64,000 nucleotides of DNA from Balanoglossus misakiensis (Eukaryota; Animalia; Hemichordata): NCBI GenBank assembly GCA_040954595.2, contig CM082578.2, forward strand, positions 6,247,519 to 6,311,518, in the 5' to 3' direction. Positions 49,742 through 63,693 of this stretch are shown piece by piece (the first letter of the stretch is position 1; every line of letters starts with the position of its first letter). The position numbers and the translations under genes are program-made. The notes beneath the pieces are model-generated. The model worked only from the letters and a program-made list of their open reading frames with translations, did no database searches and had not been told where the DNA came from.

Positions 49742-51852
49742 GCAGGCAAACGATATGGTCATGCCTTACTGGGCAGCCATTATACATGTATGTCCAGGAA
49801 ATGTCGACCATCTTTATGTCACTTCTTTATGTCTAGTCTATAGTGTATAGTGCATACGTCATAGAACTAAGTAGACGACATTAAGCTGCTCATACCGTTT
49901 TAATTGGTAATCGTACGTCATGGAATAAACGGACTGCAATGGAGAGGATTGAGCAGGGAGTTAGGGTACTACAAAACCTAAATCCTAAAGAGATGCAATT
50001 ATTTCAGATCTACGTGTACTACACGCGATGCATCGAGCCCTTAAGTCAAATTGTGATTCTGGAAACCAGTGATATGCATAGGAGTCTAGAAAATATCAAT
50101 AGAAATACTCACTGGCAGTAAGATTACGTATTTTCTTTCATGGCGACGACATTTCAACACCAGTTGCGCCTTTTGCTTGACAGGAAAACTTAACGTTATT
50201 TAGTGTTCCTCAATTATAATTTTTTTAAATTGAGGCGTTCACCAGCGCGTCTCAGGTGCTCACGCTTTGGGAAGTAAGTGTAGGGCGTTAGGGCATGCTA
50301 CAGAAGACCGAATTGCAGGGTCGACTTCTTGTGTACAAAGAGAACGGACGAAAGTGATCATGCAAGGACGTCTGCGTTGTCGGACTGCAATGCCACAGGA
50401 AGATACATGTGCCTTCAGACTTCACTTCTTATCGTCTTTCAGTATAGGTAATATGAGACCTTGTTTCGCCCACCCATGTGCAGAAAATGCCGTGCCCCAG
50501 GGACCGGGTGTACGCTGTCACTCCAATTTCATCCTAATCCACACACCTGACTTTCTGTCATCGGAATCCTATTATTATTCAAAGGCATCCCGTATTGAGT
50601 GACACGACAGAAGTCTTTGCATGGCACTATTATAATTGCTTTCGGTGTTGTACTGGGCTTGCTCTTCTAAGAGGGGATGTTCAATTAAGCTTTTCATGGG
50701 ATTCCTACAAAAGGATCGCAGTCACAATGGCGACCTATAGACGACAGAAATGTTCTTCTAATGAACTGACTGTCTGCAGTTAAGAAGTAATAGTTGCATT
50801 GCAGACAGAGAATTAGTCGAGCTGACCCCCGTCGACCTCTCCTTTAATCGCCCTGTGCGTTTCCTTCCGGCAGTCATGGAGCACCAAATCTCTCGAATTA
50901 TTTACGCATCTGCGTTGACTGTCTTTTCGCCTCAGGATTTACTAGAAGACCTTTCTTTTAACCATCAAATGACTTTCAATCAGACTCCTATATACATTAA
51001 AATGACCTGCTCCAACATAGTATACCCACTCTCCTAAACTCCTGGAACACAGCAGACACACATTTGAGACAGTAATGTGTTTTTTATTATTATTTCAACT
51101 TTTATTAAATCTACAGAACAAATAGAACAGAGATTACAAAACAAAAGGCCAATACCGTTTACCACCTGCAGGTGGCGCTGTACAGAAAACAATTCGTCCC
51201 TCGCGGCTCTTACTCTAAATCTTGCTGGTTGAGAGAGAGCTCCATGCAATTCTGCAGAGCGGGTTGTAGATCAAAGTTTTCGCTGAGGTGACCGATGAGA
51301 GTGTTGACTCCGCGCTTCACGCTGTTCTGATCTTCACACAAATATTTTTTTTATAATTTGAACTACAGCAGGAACAAATGAAAGGTACGTTTTTTTCTGG
51401 TTAGTGGAGATAACGTTTGAGCATCTTATATAATTTTCTTGATATTTGATCTATTTCACAATCATGCGCACAGTAGCAGGCAAACCAGATCTTATTGTTT
51501 ATTACATTAAGTCTATAATAGTCCAATAACTGCCATATTTTTCATTATTTACATTATTGGTATACACAAACACACAATCAACGTTTGTTTGTGGCTGCAC
51601 GTTTATAAATACGAACAATTTAAGTAATACACGAATGCCGCACCCGTTTATTCAACCGCCCATTGTAAGAGTCCACAACTATACCGGGAATAATGCGAAT
51701 ATGGGTACCAGGTAGGCCCACTATTTGAAAATCCCCACAAATTCAAAATGGCGTTTCTGTCGACTGAGGTTAAGGGGAATATGGAAGTAATATATCGAAT
51801 AAACTGCTGGCGGGTTTTACAAATGTTGGAATAGGCATAAAGAGAGAGAATA

Positions 51853-54800
51853 TTATTCAAAAGTGAATTCCAAATCACTGCCCGCCATCCACTGATTGTA
51901 AAGTTTGTCAAAACGATCGCTCTGGTCCACCGTAAAGACATCTTTCCAGCCGCCAATTTTACCTACAAGAAAGGAAATCACGTAGATTAGTGAAAATTGC
52001 GACTGAAATCCAATATTAATGAATGATCACTTGTTACCATTATTGTTAAAATAAAATTAAATAGTGAATAAAGTAAATACATTTGTAGATAACTATAAAT
52101 TATAAGATTGAATTGAACGTCATTATGAATATTGCAATATGAATTTTTCGCCATAATTTTCGACGTCATTATAGTAAGACACTAAGATTATGCAATTGAC
52201 GCCATGTTTTGGAAAGCGCCCTCTTTAGGAAAACGGCGTATATACTTGCCCTTTCTGACGTATGGTGACGTGCTCAAACCAAACTTGGATACGTAGGCTT
52301 CTTTTGTTACAACGGGATCTTTCTTCATGTTTTCGAAATGACAGTGGTGGGTGATACGCTGCAATGCTTCGTCATCAACGGTTACCCCGAGAAATTTCGC
52401 CAAACGTTTGATGGTACCTGTAAAATCCTAGTAGAGCATAGACAAACGAAAGTTATAACTCAACTTAATTATGCTGACGATCCGTATACTGTGTTTAGAA
52501 TTCATCGTTCTGCTAGAATACAATGTCCACGAATTCACACCCAAATCAAATTCGAAAGGCTCGGCTCGCTTGGAAACTCACCATTATCACGTCTTCGTAT
52601 TTTAGGAAGATCACATTAGGTTCGTCTCTTTTTGACCACCATGCCAAGACATGCTCGTGCCAACATAGAGGTGTTCCTGGAGAAGCAAACAAACAAACAA
52701 ACAAATAAATTACGAAAATCAGACAGGCAGACAAACGGACATCGGTAAGACATATACCCCGTGGTTAAAAGACACATACATGCACTTGGTTATTTCTTTA
52801 CTGTTTATTTGAAATTTCATTGCAAAATGTAAGGACAAAAAATGAAAACTCCGACAAACACTGTTGTGTTCATGCTCATCGAAAGCAAAATACAAACTGT
52901 AGGTAAAAGAGAGGTTACCATTTGTGGATAGTTGTAGGGGAGGGATGAAGAAGTGGTTGAGTGGCCAACAGAAGACTCAATGCGTATTGGTCAATATGAC
53001 AGTCACACGACTTACCGTCATTAGACCAATGAGTAGGGCGGACTGACAGAGATGAATTTGCTGGATTAGACGGACTTGATGAATGGATGGACCAGTTGAC
53101 CAAACTTTTTGACCCCGAAGGAGTTTTCACGACATGGTCTGGCGGACGGAATATGTGTGACTGGCAAGTGCGGGGGGGGGGGGGGACAAGGCAATACGCA
53201 CGCATGTGAAAGGGGTGTGTACTTGTACGGAAGGTAAGCAAAATAGCCATTTTTTATACTTACCATTAATTTTCGCTTCACAAAAATCGTGCATGAAAAG
53301 TTCAAAGTTTGCATAGCCGGGCGGTGGGAATCCTTTTGCCATGTGGTGAAACGACACGGCGACGTCTTTGGGATTTCTTGCTACATAAATAACCTGTGTA
53401 AACACGACATGAAATCAGGTCCAATAATCATGTTATTGAAGATCAACGAATTACCAGATCCAAGAAACAACTGAAAAATTCACAATAACAATAGGGTCAT
53501 CTGCTAAGTGGTGGAATCAGGTGTTCCAGACTGAACGAGGAGAACAAATATAAGCAAAGGATTATGGCCGCAACCGTGAAGAAAAGCAAAATATAGTGAA
53601 CGCTGCATTCCCTACTTTGAAACTTCATAAGCAAAGCATGATCTTGTCCACCAGAACACATAGAAGTAAATGTACTCCATTTCTTCACGCATGATGTTCA
53701 GGTTGCCAGTAATGACGTCAATCTGATTAAAATCAGATGTGGGGTGATGCGATAGCGTAAGAATACCGTACCGCGTAATTAAAAGACGTCGCCGTACCCT
53801 ACACCTGAATTTCATCGTATTGTAATGACATAAGTCATGACCGAGATTCAGCATTTTCGCTACATTTTGGGCACCCTCACACGACATAGGTTAAAAAAAA
53901 GAATCCTGCATTCTATGCCACATATTAAAGGCTGTACGTTAGTTTCATCGCCACTATAGTATAAGCCAAACTCTATGCAAATGTAACAAAAATGTTTAAC
54001 CTTAGGCTTCTTTTCCTTCAGCTGTTTGGGAAGTTGGTCATAAGTGCGGTGAGATGATAGTAAGCGTGGTGATTTCATTGTATGCAGCTCGAACTCAGGT
54101 GGTACGAACATGGTCTTATTGATATCCCGCACTAAACTGCTATGTCTTGACAGAAGAAACTCCATGTACGGAACTCTTACATCTGGTGGTACATCCTTTA
54201 TGGCGTCCACATCGCCACCATTAACAACCAGAGGAAGAATCTGTTTAAACCAAGTTGTGCCTGTGAACATGCCGAACAAGTGAACAATGTGATTATAACT
54301 TTTTTCCTACGACAAAGATACGATTATGGATTATACAATAGGTACATGTATGCATCAGAAAATCTAAACGATGACGTAGGACTACCAGGCGCCAAAAAAT
54401 GTACGTACGTACATACGTATTTACATACATACGTACCGTACGTACGTATATTATACGTATGCATGTATGTATGTATGTATGTGTGTATGAATGTATGTAT
54501 GTATGTATGTATGTATGTATGTATGTATGTATGTATGTATGTATGTATGTATGTATGTATGTATGTATGTATGTATGTATGTATGTATGTATGTATGTAT
54601 GTATGTATGTATGTATGTTTGTATGTATGTATGTAGGTATGTAGGTATGTATGTAGGCAATGTGTGTGTGCTTGTGCGTGTGAGATCCATGTATGAGTAA
54701 ATTAATATTTTTAGACTTGTGTCAAATAAACGGAGACAACTTTGCGCAGTAGCCAAAAAGGCACTGGTGGCTGTCGACAGTCTAGATTTCGACGTATTTG

Positions 54801-55860
54801 CGTTATATCAATATATCAACGTATACAATGCAGCTCTTTACAATCGTGCAAATAAATGTCATACGACAACAATTCTAATCACATCGTCACCAGTCCGATA
54901 ATCATGATGACAATGAAAGCATTATGTAACATGTCTCACGATCTCTGTCTGCCTTCAATCGCGTACATTTCCAACGGTGGCGCATTGAGCAAATTTAATT
55001 TAGAGATTTATTTTAGGATCCTGCAGGCATGAGACGATTGGCTGAAGCTTTGGACTTCCTGATTCTGAAACTGGTGTGCCAGATTCAATATATCTCCTAA
55101 ATTAACTCTCCTATACATAAACAAGATTCTGTTTTTTGGCAACTGAAGCCCTCTCAAGTAAATGCAATTCCCCCCCCCCCCAAAAAAAAATATATACAGA
55201 GAAGGCCGTTGAATTTGCCGCAACGAACGTGAATTAAATATGGTTTATATCGTTACCTGATTTAGGATACGTGATCAAAAAGACATCATCATTTCGGACT
55301 TCAAAGTTGAGGATACTTTCAAAATCGTACATTTCTGGAATATCATAAGTGGCGTCACCACTCTGCCCATCTCTCTGTGGCTGTTCCAAATCCTGAAAAA
55401 ATTTAGATTTAAATCAATCACCATCAGCAAACTTTGAATCGGGAGGTGGGGGTTTACCGTGGTAATTGCTGAATATGCAGGTCTGAGAGGTGCAATGTTT
55501 TTCTATAACAATACAACTGAATATAACTTTCATACGGTAATTCAAAGTTGACCGATTCAGACGTTTTATTGTAGGCGTCAGCAAACAAGTAAGCTTATGT
55601 ACTGGATATATTTTTGTAGTTTTGCATATTTGGGGCAAGGCATGTGGGTCGAAATGAGCTGATTGCGTTCGAAGTTGTCGAGAAGTCCCAAAACGTCGCT
55701 GCAATGACGAAAATGGTAGGAATAAACACATAGATTATACCATCTTCCCAGAAAGTTCGATTATTACCAGATTATATTCATGGTTTTGAAGAAATCGGTC
55801 GTACACCGAAGTCAGACGTGAAAGAATTAGAAGTTAGAAGTGAAGTCTGCCACCTACCAT
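51853..55860 (-). CDS. Cytosolic PAPS-dependent sulfotransferase (SULT family), 7 coding exons, 303 aa
   Basis: Exons 55858-55860 (ATG only), 55257-55392, 54001-54260, 53264-53393, 52582-52676, 52250-52427 and 51853-51962 sum to 912 nt in frame. Motifs TYPKSGTTW, PRLLSSH, YVARNPKDVAVS, LKYED and RKGKIGGWK. The ATG-only first exon is the least certain part. Confidence 0.93.
54455..54654. repeat. (TATG)n microsatellite in a SULT intron
   Basis: Direct reading. Confidence 0.95.
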
Positions 55861-56886
55861 TGTTTCAGCGCCCACGACGTGGTCCTTAATCGTTGACTGA
55901 CTGTGTAAATATACGCTTTGGCTTTAACGTTGCTGGTCCGGGGGGTTACTACTATAGGCTATGTGCAGCCTGAAAGGGTTGTCTTTTCATCGGATTTCGG
56001 TGCTTTTCAGAACAATAGATCGCATCCCTGGTATAGCATGCGGTATTGCGGACTGGAGCCCACACGTGACCGATGTTCACGGAGCCCGCGGGGTTTTATG
56101 TAGGCCGCATAAATTGTGCATAAAAGTCAAAATTTTGCGCCATTTCAGACGTATTGAACCAGGATTTCCTGACTCAGTGTCCCAGTTGCTCCAGTGCCAA
56201 GGAGTGGGGGCTTTTGGTCCATTTCATCCCCCCAAAAACAAACAAACAAACAAACAACAACCCCAAAGTGGAGTTGACATCACAACACACAAGTTGGACC
56301 CTGGGGAATCATTTCTTTAAAAGCGTCAGTTGTTGCTTTCTTTGTCTATGATCATATATACTAGTAACAGTGCTTTGGCCATATCATCATATATTTTGGG
56401 TTTGAGCACACAACGTTTTAATATTAACACAGACACATTTTAATAAGTTAACTAACGTGACAACCAGAGGAATCTCGCAGTAAGAGACTAATCATCTGGA
56501 GATGTGATAAACTTGTTACAACTTGACTTTGTTGGCCACGATTATATAAACTTGTTGATATTCATTGATTATTACAAACAAAGTTAACTCAATATTAGGC
56601 TATATCTGCTGAACGTTTACCGCCGAATATTTTATAACGCATCATTATGGTCAGAGATTACCAATGTACTGAGTTGTCTTTGGGCTATTGCGTGCAGAGT
56701 ACGGTATGCCGGTGGAGTGATCTATATGTATCTATTGGGATATGTTCGCCTCAAGTTTTTGCATTATATTTGACTATCTCAAATTGTGTGTCTGCTGTGT
56801 TTCATTTTCCAAGTGATGCATACATGTAATAGTCTACAATTTCACGTCAACTGATCCTAAGCTTATGATTTTTGTATACGGGTAAA

Positions 56887-56930
56887 AGCAGCAGCAGCAG
56901 CAGCAGCAGCAAAACAACAACAACAACAAC
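56887..56930. repeat. (CAG)n(CAA)n microsatellite
   Basis: Direct reading; lies between the divergent SULT and F-box genes. Confidence 0.85.
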
Positions 56931-57389
56931 ACTAAAAGTGTCGCTGTCTGATCAAAATATATTAAAATTTCACATGAATTTTAATGTGCAGCGTGACTAC
57001 ACGACTCGAAACTGATAGGAGACAACTCCCCTAGCTTTGTCGTGATAAATTATATGGCTGCAACAATTTTCTCTCTTGTCATTAAGATAGTTAAAATATG
57101 AATGGTTTATAATTATTATGTCACATGACTTTCTAACCTGGTGTTTTATACGTCTTAAGATAAATTGGTGATGTTTTCAGTGTGCTGTTTTTTGATAAAT
57201 ATGTTAATAGTACGTAAGCTAGGGCGTCTGCAGCTATGGCAGCGGCGACGCGGAAGTATGTTGTACGAAGTCGCATGTGGTGTTGTTGTGGCGCTGATCA
57301 TCGTGATTTTGGGATCTACAATCTCAAATCGTAACTTTTTCGCACAAGCCCTCGGTAGAAACCTGCTCCGTCGAAAAGGTGAGAAATCG

Positions 57390-58409
57390 ATGCTTGCCGA
57401 TGGTCTTAAACGCCCCCGCTCCTTTCGGGAGATTCCGGCCGAGTGCCTGGTGAAGGTGTTCGAGTTTCTCAACGAACAGGAGTTGTGTTGCGTCGCCCTG
57501 GTTTGCAGGAACTGGTGCAAGGTGGCCAGCGTTCCGAGCCTGTGGCAGCACGCCGATTTTCGCCTCGTCAACAAACACAAGTACCCGTCACAACCGAGGA
57601 ATCCGCTGCACCAGGAGCTGTCGCAGAGGTACCGAGACTACGCCGACCACCTTTTGGCGAAGAAGGCAAATATCAAACACCTCAGCTTTGATCTCGATTT
57701 GGACACCAACTACGAGACGCTGGCCGAGCTGCTCTCGTCGGGAAGATGCGACCGCCTGATCTCCGCGGACATGAAGTGGGCAGATTCGTGGGACTATCGT
57801 CGTTGGAATAAACTGGAAGAACAGCTCCTTCTCTACCATTCCCTGTTGTTGCTACTGGGAATCCATTGCCAACGGCTGAAAACCATACGGACGCAATTCA
57901 ACTGGACCCCAGAGTCTGTCGACTACCTCCTTCAGTTCAACCGATTGGAAGAACTCGAGCTGTCCAGTATACCCCGTGTTCATCCTGTAGGAAGGCAGCT
58001 GATCGAATCTTTGCTTAGGTATTGTAAACACCTCAGAAAGTTCAAAATCGATGCTCGGATACTTCCCGAGCTTGTGTATAAATACTCCTTCAAGTCCGAC
58101 TCGCTCGAGGTGCTGGACATATCGATGTCGGTGAACTTGTTCATTGTTGAGATGGACCTCCCGAATTTACACACCTTCATCGCAAAACACTTCACGTGTT
58201 ACCAAAAGAACCGCTACGACGATACCTGCTTCTTCGCCGTGCTGGACGACGGCTGTCCCAACATCCGACGCATCAACGATGCAGAAAGTGACGCGCCTGG
58301 CTTCTGCAATTTCCGGCTAACCAAAGAACAGCAGTGGGACCTCAGAATATGTTACTGTTCAAAACACTGTGGTAGTAGGAGAAATGCATTGGATGAAGAA
58401 CTGATATGA
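57390..58409 (+). CDS. F-box protein with degenerate LRR-like C-terminal region, single coding exon
   Basis: F-box IPAECLVKVFEFLNEQELCCVALVCRNWCKVASVPSLW, then LxxLxL repeats (LEELELS, LEVLDIS, LPNLHTF). The start is uncertain: ATG 57390 is favoured, but the frame is open from 57165. Confidence 0.88.
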   Translation: MLADGLKRPRSFREIPAECLVKVFEFLNEQELCCVALVCRNWCKVASVPSLWQHADFRLVNKHKYPSQPRNPLHQELSQRYRDYADHLLAKKANIKHLSFDLDLDTNYETLAELLSSGRCDRLISADMKWADSWDYRRWNKLEEQLLLYHSLLLLLGIHCQRLKTIRTQFNWTPESVDYLLQFNRLEELELSSIPRVHPVGRQLIESLLRYCKHLRKFKIDARILPELVYKYSFKSDSLEVLDISMSVNLFIVEMDLPNLHTFIAKHFTCYQKNRYDDTCFFAVLDDGCPNIRRINDAESDAPGFCNFRLTKEQQWDLRICYCSKHCGSRRNALDEELI

Positions 58410-60813
58410 AACCCGAGTGTTCAGTACATAAAACAGGAGTTTTTATTCACCATGTTCTTCATTGGGGTCTTTTGAATTGAACTGCCCTTCGAGCGCTTCT
58501 TGGACTCTACCATTCTCTGGTGGATATGGTTACCATTAGGGTATGGTTATGACTTTATTTAAACTGACTATAAAATGACTTACTTACAAATCAAAACTTG
58601 ACTTCATTCACAAAACTAAATTTTTTATTTAAGTCATTTTATATACAGTCATAACCGTAACTGACGTACTATTCATGTAGTACCATGCTAGATTTCTAAA
58701 CTCTAATCATTGATTTAAAGATGAAAATTTACATGAAAAATACATGTTCGTATTAGCCATTCTCCAAACCAGAATATGGTCAACCATTTTTTTTAATGTA
58801 TGTGAAAAACTGGATAACTGAAACCCACTAAAAATTTAGGTTTTTAGCAAGAGGTTTCTGTCTTCAGAAACTCAAAATATTTGAATTTTAGTAGCCGTAA
58901 ATCTGTTTTCCCAGAACTCACCTAACTCATATACCAGTTACTTTTTGTATATGTAGTTAATGTACCAGTACTATTAGTGTATCTAAAGAAAGCTGCAATA
59001 TTTGAATTTTATTTATATTGTAAAAGTGCAACTCGATTGTAAGTGTCACCATGATATACACACACGCAATGTCTGCAGATACATGTACTGTACCTATATA
59101 TACTCAGTACGTTTACTTGGGCAGAAAGTTTCAGTCACATCATGTGACGGTCACATGTACAAGTACCAGTCACATCACAATGCCTGTGACGGAGAAAAAA
59201 TAAACAATTCAACGAGTTTGGCACATGTGATTTTATTCAGACGATGCATCAAAGGTCTCCATAATGACTTACAAGTGCAATGTACATTGCTGAAAGCCCA
59301 ATGTATTTGTCACATGATTGTCAAGACAGAGAGCTGCAAGATATATTACAAGATTTGTGACATAGTACCAGTACTCAAAAGCATTCAAAAATTGCACAGA
59401 ATTTACAGATAAAAACAATTGTCAACATTACACACTGTACTGCTATCTACCTTTTAATAATAATATTTCACGTTTCCAAATAAACATATATGCGCCATTT
59501 GTACAAATTCATTTATAATTGGCAATTCTGCGTGCCCCAGTTACAAAGTCTGACCGTGTTCTCCCCAGTAGTTATTTGGATATGTTGCAATAAATGTAAG
59601 TCTGTGTACACCAACAAAGATAATGGGCTGGTGGTAAAGGCAAGGTGGAATATTTCATGTCAGAGGAAGACTTCAAAACAGAATGTAAAATCCCTGTGCT
59701 GCATAGTAATGAGTGTTTTTTCATGGATTGAAAATCCAACAACAGTGAGTAGTGATGGTTCGAGGTGGCCAACACTGACCAGTGCAAAGTACCGGCCGCC
59801 CGGTCAGTGACGGTGACCGTCATATGGTAGCAGTACTGGTCATCAGTATTCCATGCAGCATAACCAATGCCAGAGATGGGTCACTGCACATAAGAATGCT
59901 GGTGATGAAATGTTGGTCACCACATCAGCCAATGGGTACTGGTGGTATGTGTATGGGGATATTGTAGAGAAATGATATTGACAAACAAACACAGGTCATA
60001 AAAGTCATTGTTGACGTCTATATATTTGTACTAGCCAATTAGCTGATAAAATGTAAGCCAAAAAGTGTGGAATGATTTTCCTGCATTTAATGAGACACTA
60101 CTCTGGCTGAACAGGTGACGATAAGCAGCCGTAAATACTGGATTTTGTTTTTGTATGTGTGATTGCCAACAAACTGCTGTACATCTGCATGCATGTGTGG
60201 AACGCTCACAAAGCAGACAGGTGGTAGCAATACATGTATCTGAACTGTGGTACTGTACGCTACACCAAGCGGAGGGACAATGTGCATCATCACAAAATCA
60301 AAACCACAAACACTGTCATGTACATATTAATTAATTACTTAATTCATTAATTACTTTTCTCTCTCGCTGTGGTGCTCGCATGTCAATCACAACCACTTGG
60401 TTTCCATTATCCACTACAATAAAATTTGACAACATGAAATTGACCATCTATGTGAAGACTATCTAAGTTGTGGAAGCATTCAAGCTGTTTCTATACGCTG
60501 TAAATTGGCGACAGTGACAGTTTCCAAGAGAATATCGCAGGTGCAGGTGATAAACCAGGTAAATCTGAATCCTTTCAACTGAAAAAGTACCAATCTCATT
60601 TGACTAATTTTTTTTCCGCCCAAGACTTCAAATAAACCATGGAGCCATGCTTCGTCTAATATTCATCTGGACCCTGCCACTGTGATCTTAAATCCCAGAC
60701 CTTTGATTTTTTTTCTTTGATTGCATCAGCAAAATTCATGATAATATCATGGAATTTGATAGCATTTAATACTGACAAGTGTGGTGCGGCTTGCGATTCT
60801 TGATGCAGTTGCT

Positions 60814-63693
60814 CTATTTATCTACTTTTAAGTCTTTGGCGACCATGTTGGAGCAAATGTTGTTCATCTGGTTCCGGTTTGCCTGGAATGTCTTCAACGC
60901 ACGTTCTCGGGCGGAATCCAAAGCATACAGTTCCCTGTGGTCGGAGAAAAGGGGAAAATATAATTGTCAGCTTGTATAGATTCACTTTCTCCTTGATTTT
61001 CCCTTGTATTTATGAGGGATCGAATTATCATAGAATTGACAGAACAGCAAATACGTAGGGCATGAAATTAATTTTTATAGGGAGAAGTACTGTACACAGT
61101 GGCCCTGATCTTTTGTTTCTAATCACATTGAAACTGTTCCGTTCAACATATCAAGGTTTTATTGTTTGCACCTATGGAAATGCCCACGGGCCTGGGACTC
61201 CCCCCCCCCTCCCCATTGACTGTATTTTAAACACATGTTGACTTGATGATAATAATTACTGTACAAACACTGTGTATGTTGAAAGCCAAATATGTTATTA
61301 GAAAGCACAGCTTCCACTAACATAATCTTGTCTGGAAAAAAAAATACCTGTAGATTGGTCGGACGAATTTCATTCTTCCTTGCTCCGTGATGAATTCCAA
61401 CGCAAACGGAATCACATCCTCCCATCCTCCTCGGATACACATTCTGTACCATCTGGAAAAGGAATGTTATAGAGTCAGGGGCAAAACATATAAGAGAGAT
61501 ATAAATGAAATTCTGAAAAGTTGTCTGAGTGAGACATTGAACATGTACCCCAAGTGAGGTTTCATGAACATTTTGATTACCTGAATCTGATTTCTGAATT
61601 CTTGCTGGAGTTGAACTTGTAGCACTTTTCCATGGCTTTCAGATGCTCCAAGCTGAGTGGTTCCTGCAAAGCGAAATAGCGGTAACGTTACCAGTAATTA
61701 TATCTGCAAGGATGGTGTGGTTAAGGCAGTCATTGGCATATAACTCTTAAAGTATGTCGAGGTGCCTCAGAAGGCTATCTGTGGCAAAAAGAGTGAGTCA
61801 CACTTTCGGTCGCAGATAGCCTTCTGAGGCACCTCGACACGAATGAACTCTTACTTCCAAACACACTCATTTTTATGTTAATCTCATCATCTGTTACCTG
61901 CAGGTTGAATCTATTTTGTGGAACCCACCTTGGATAGAAGAAACTGAGCCAAAAATTCAATTTTCTGTCCAGTGGAGAAGTCACTGAGATCCTCCTCTTT
62001 GAACTGATCAAGTTGATCAGTTTTAGCCTGGGGGAAACAAAGAGAGAAATTAATCCGTTACAATCTTACTACACGTTCTCCATAGAACACTCGATTTTGA
62101 TTGATGCAAATTGTGTGTCCATTTTATGGTTAAAGGGTCAAATCTAAATTTTCTTGTGACCATGAGGTAGTGCACTGGCCTGCAAGAGAAAATTCATGAT
62201 TGGCCAAAACTCAAGAATCAATAGTTTTCTGTGACTAGATTATAATCGTTGGGAATAGTTTTTGTTGTTACCTCTATCCACCTTTTGCTAAGAGTTGTGC
62301 AGGCATCACTCATTGTGGCATCGTATCTGGAATGAAAAAAAATTACACCATTATTTTCATCACCACCACCACCACCATCATCAGCATCATTTAACTTCTG
62401 CCCATTTGTGCAACGTCATTCATAGGTCAGGGTATTCCCCAGTCTATTTTTGATTCAGTACAAACCCTGTTTAAAGCCATACGTGAAACTGAACTTGCAT
62501 TGTTGCGTCGACTTACTCAGGTTTGAGAGGCGGCATTCCAGGCGTGTGAAACCAAGCATTCCAGTCTACCTTGTCGAAAACACCCTCTTTGACCTTCAAC
62601 GAAAGACAGACTTTGATTGATAATGTGTACGAGAGACACCTTGTAAAACTGGCCCTGATCAGCACCTGGTACAGTTAGGGAATGTGAAATAACACAGGGT
62701 GTACACAATTGGCAAGAGCTTTACAGGATGTACCAGGACTGGTGTAGCGCCTGGAGGCATTGTTGGGTGAGTATTCATACCTTGTCTTCAAAGTAAGAAA
62801 ACAAATAATCTTTCCATTCAGCAGTGGTCAGACATTTGCCTTTAAAGTTATCAATGTAGCTCCTAAGGAATGGTTCAAATTCCCCTGTAAAACAAACATA
62901 CTGGTCATACATCAAGAATACAAACGGCAAATTTTAAATTATTCAGAGATTTTCTGGTCCTTACATCATCAGAAGATCCCACATGCTATTGTTTTCTCTG
63001 AGAACCAGTTCATATGGCTAAACAACTTTCACAACTGACAAGGCCTCCCTTCAGTACTAGTAGTGTCTACACTCGCAACAGTTTTACCCTGCCCTTCTAT
63101 ATCAGAATTATAAGCAAAAAAAAAACCTCACCAGGTCCTCCTACTAGCGTCTCCAAGTAGAACAACAAAGCCGATCCCTTCTCATAGGGAACAGAAGAGA
63201 AGGCGTCGTCAGGGTCTATGCCATCTAAAATGGGAACAAGGTGGGTGTGGGGGTTTTGGGCGCCGAACGCTTCGATCTGCAAGAATCAGAGGAGATAAAT
63301 AACTTCATGATGGAAAGGCCAACTAATCATAAATATAAACTTTGGGGTGAAAATGTAAAATGGTTGGACACTGACAGTGAAAGAGCAAGAAGTTCATTTT
63401 CGATAATCAACTGCCCTTTTCTGACTTATATGGTCCATGAATATCTTTCTGTTGGTTATTATTTGCTAGAACTAGAGACATAGAGTATTTCTAATCTAAA
63501 ATAATACAGAAATAAAAGTTCGTGATTTTTGAATGGGATCGTGGCACTGATGTGTGTAATAGACTTTATGCATAAAATGACCAACAGATACGGATTGAAT
63601 CATGTGGGTATTTTTGATGACAAAACAAATGGAGAAAGAACCAAAATTTCGATCATGGACAACTTACAGTATCATGAAGTGTGTTCCACCCTC
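60814..63693 (-). CDS. LTA4H: Leukotriene A4 hydrolase (M1 aminopeptidase family), 3' nine exons; 5' part beyond the window
   Basis: Exons 63668-63693, 63132-63276, 62781-62884, 62517-62593, 62272-62326, 61929-62027, 61581-61663, 61348-61452 and 60814-60934 splice in frame with GT-AG ends. Motifs [46 protein letters not shown] and terminal KDLKVDK. Confidence 0.93.
61755..61839. repeat. 85-bp near-perfect palindrome (hairpin) in an LTA4H intron
   Basis: TGTCGAGGTGCCTCAGAAGGCTATCTG and its exact reverse complement (27 bp), with imperfect pairing continuing to the centre. Confidence 0.9.

Noticed and set aside
49483-49850. Cys/Val-rich and HNTTQ ORFs, and likewise the MYVC ORFs at 54280-54756
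   Set aside because: Translations of microsatellites.
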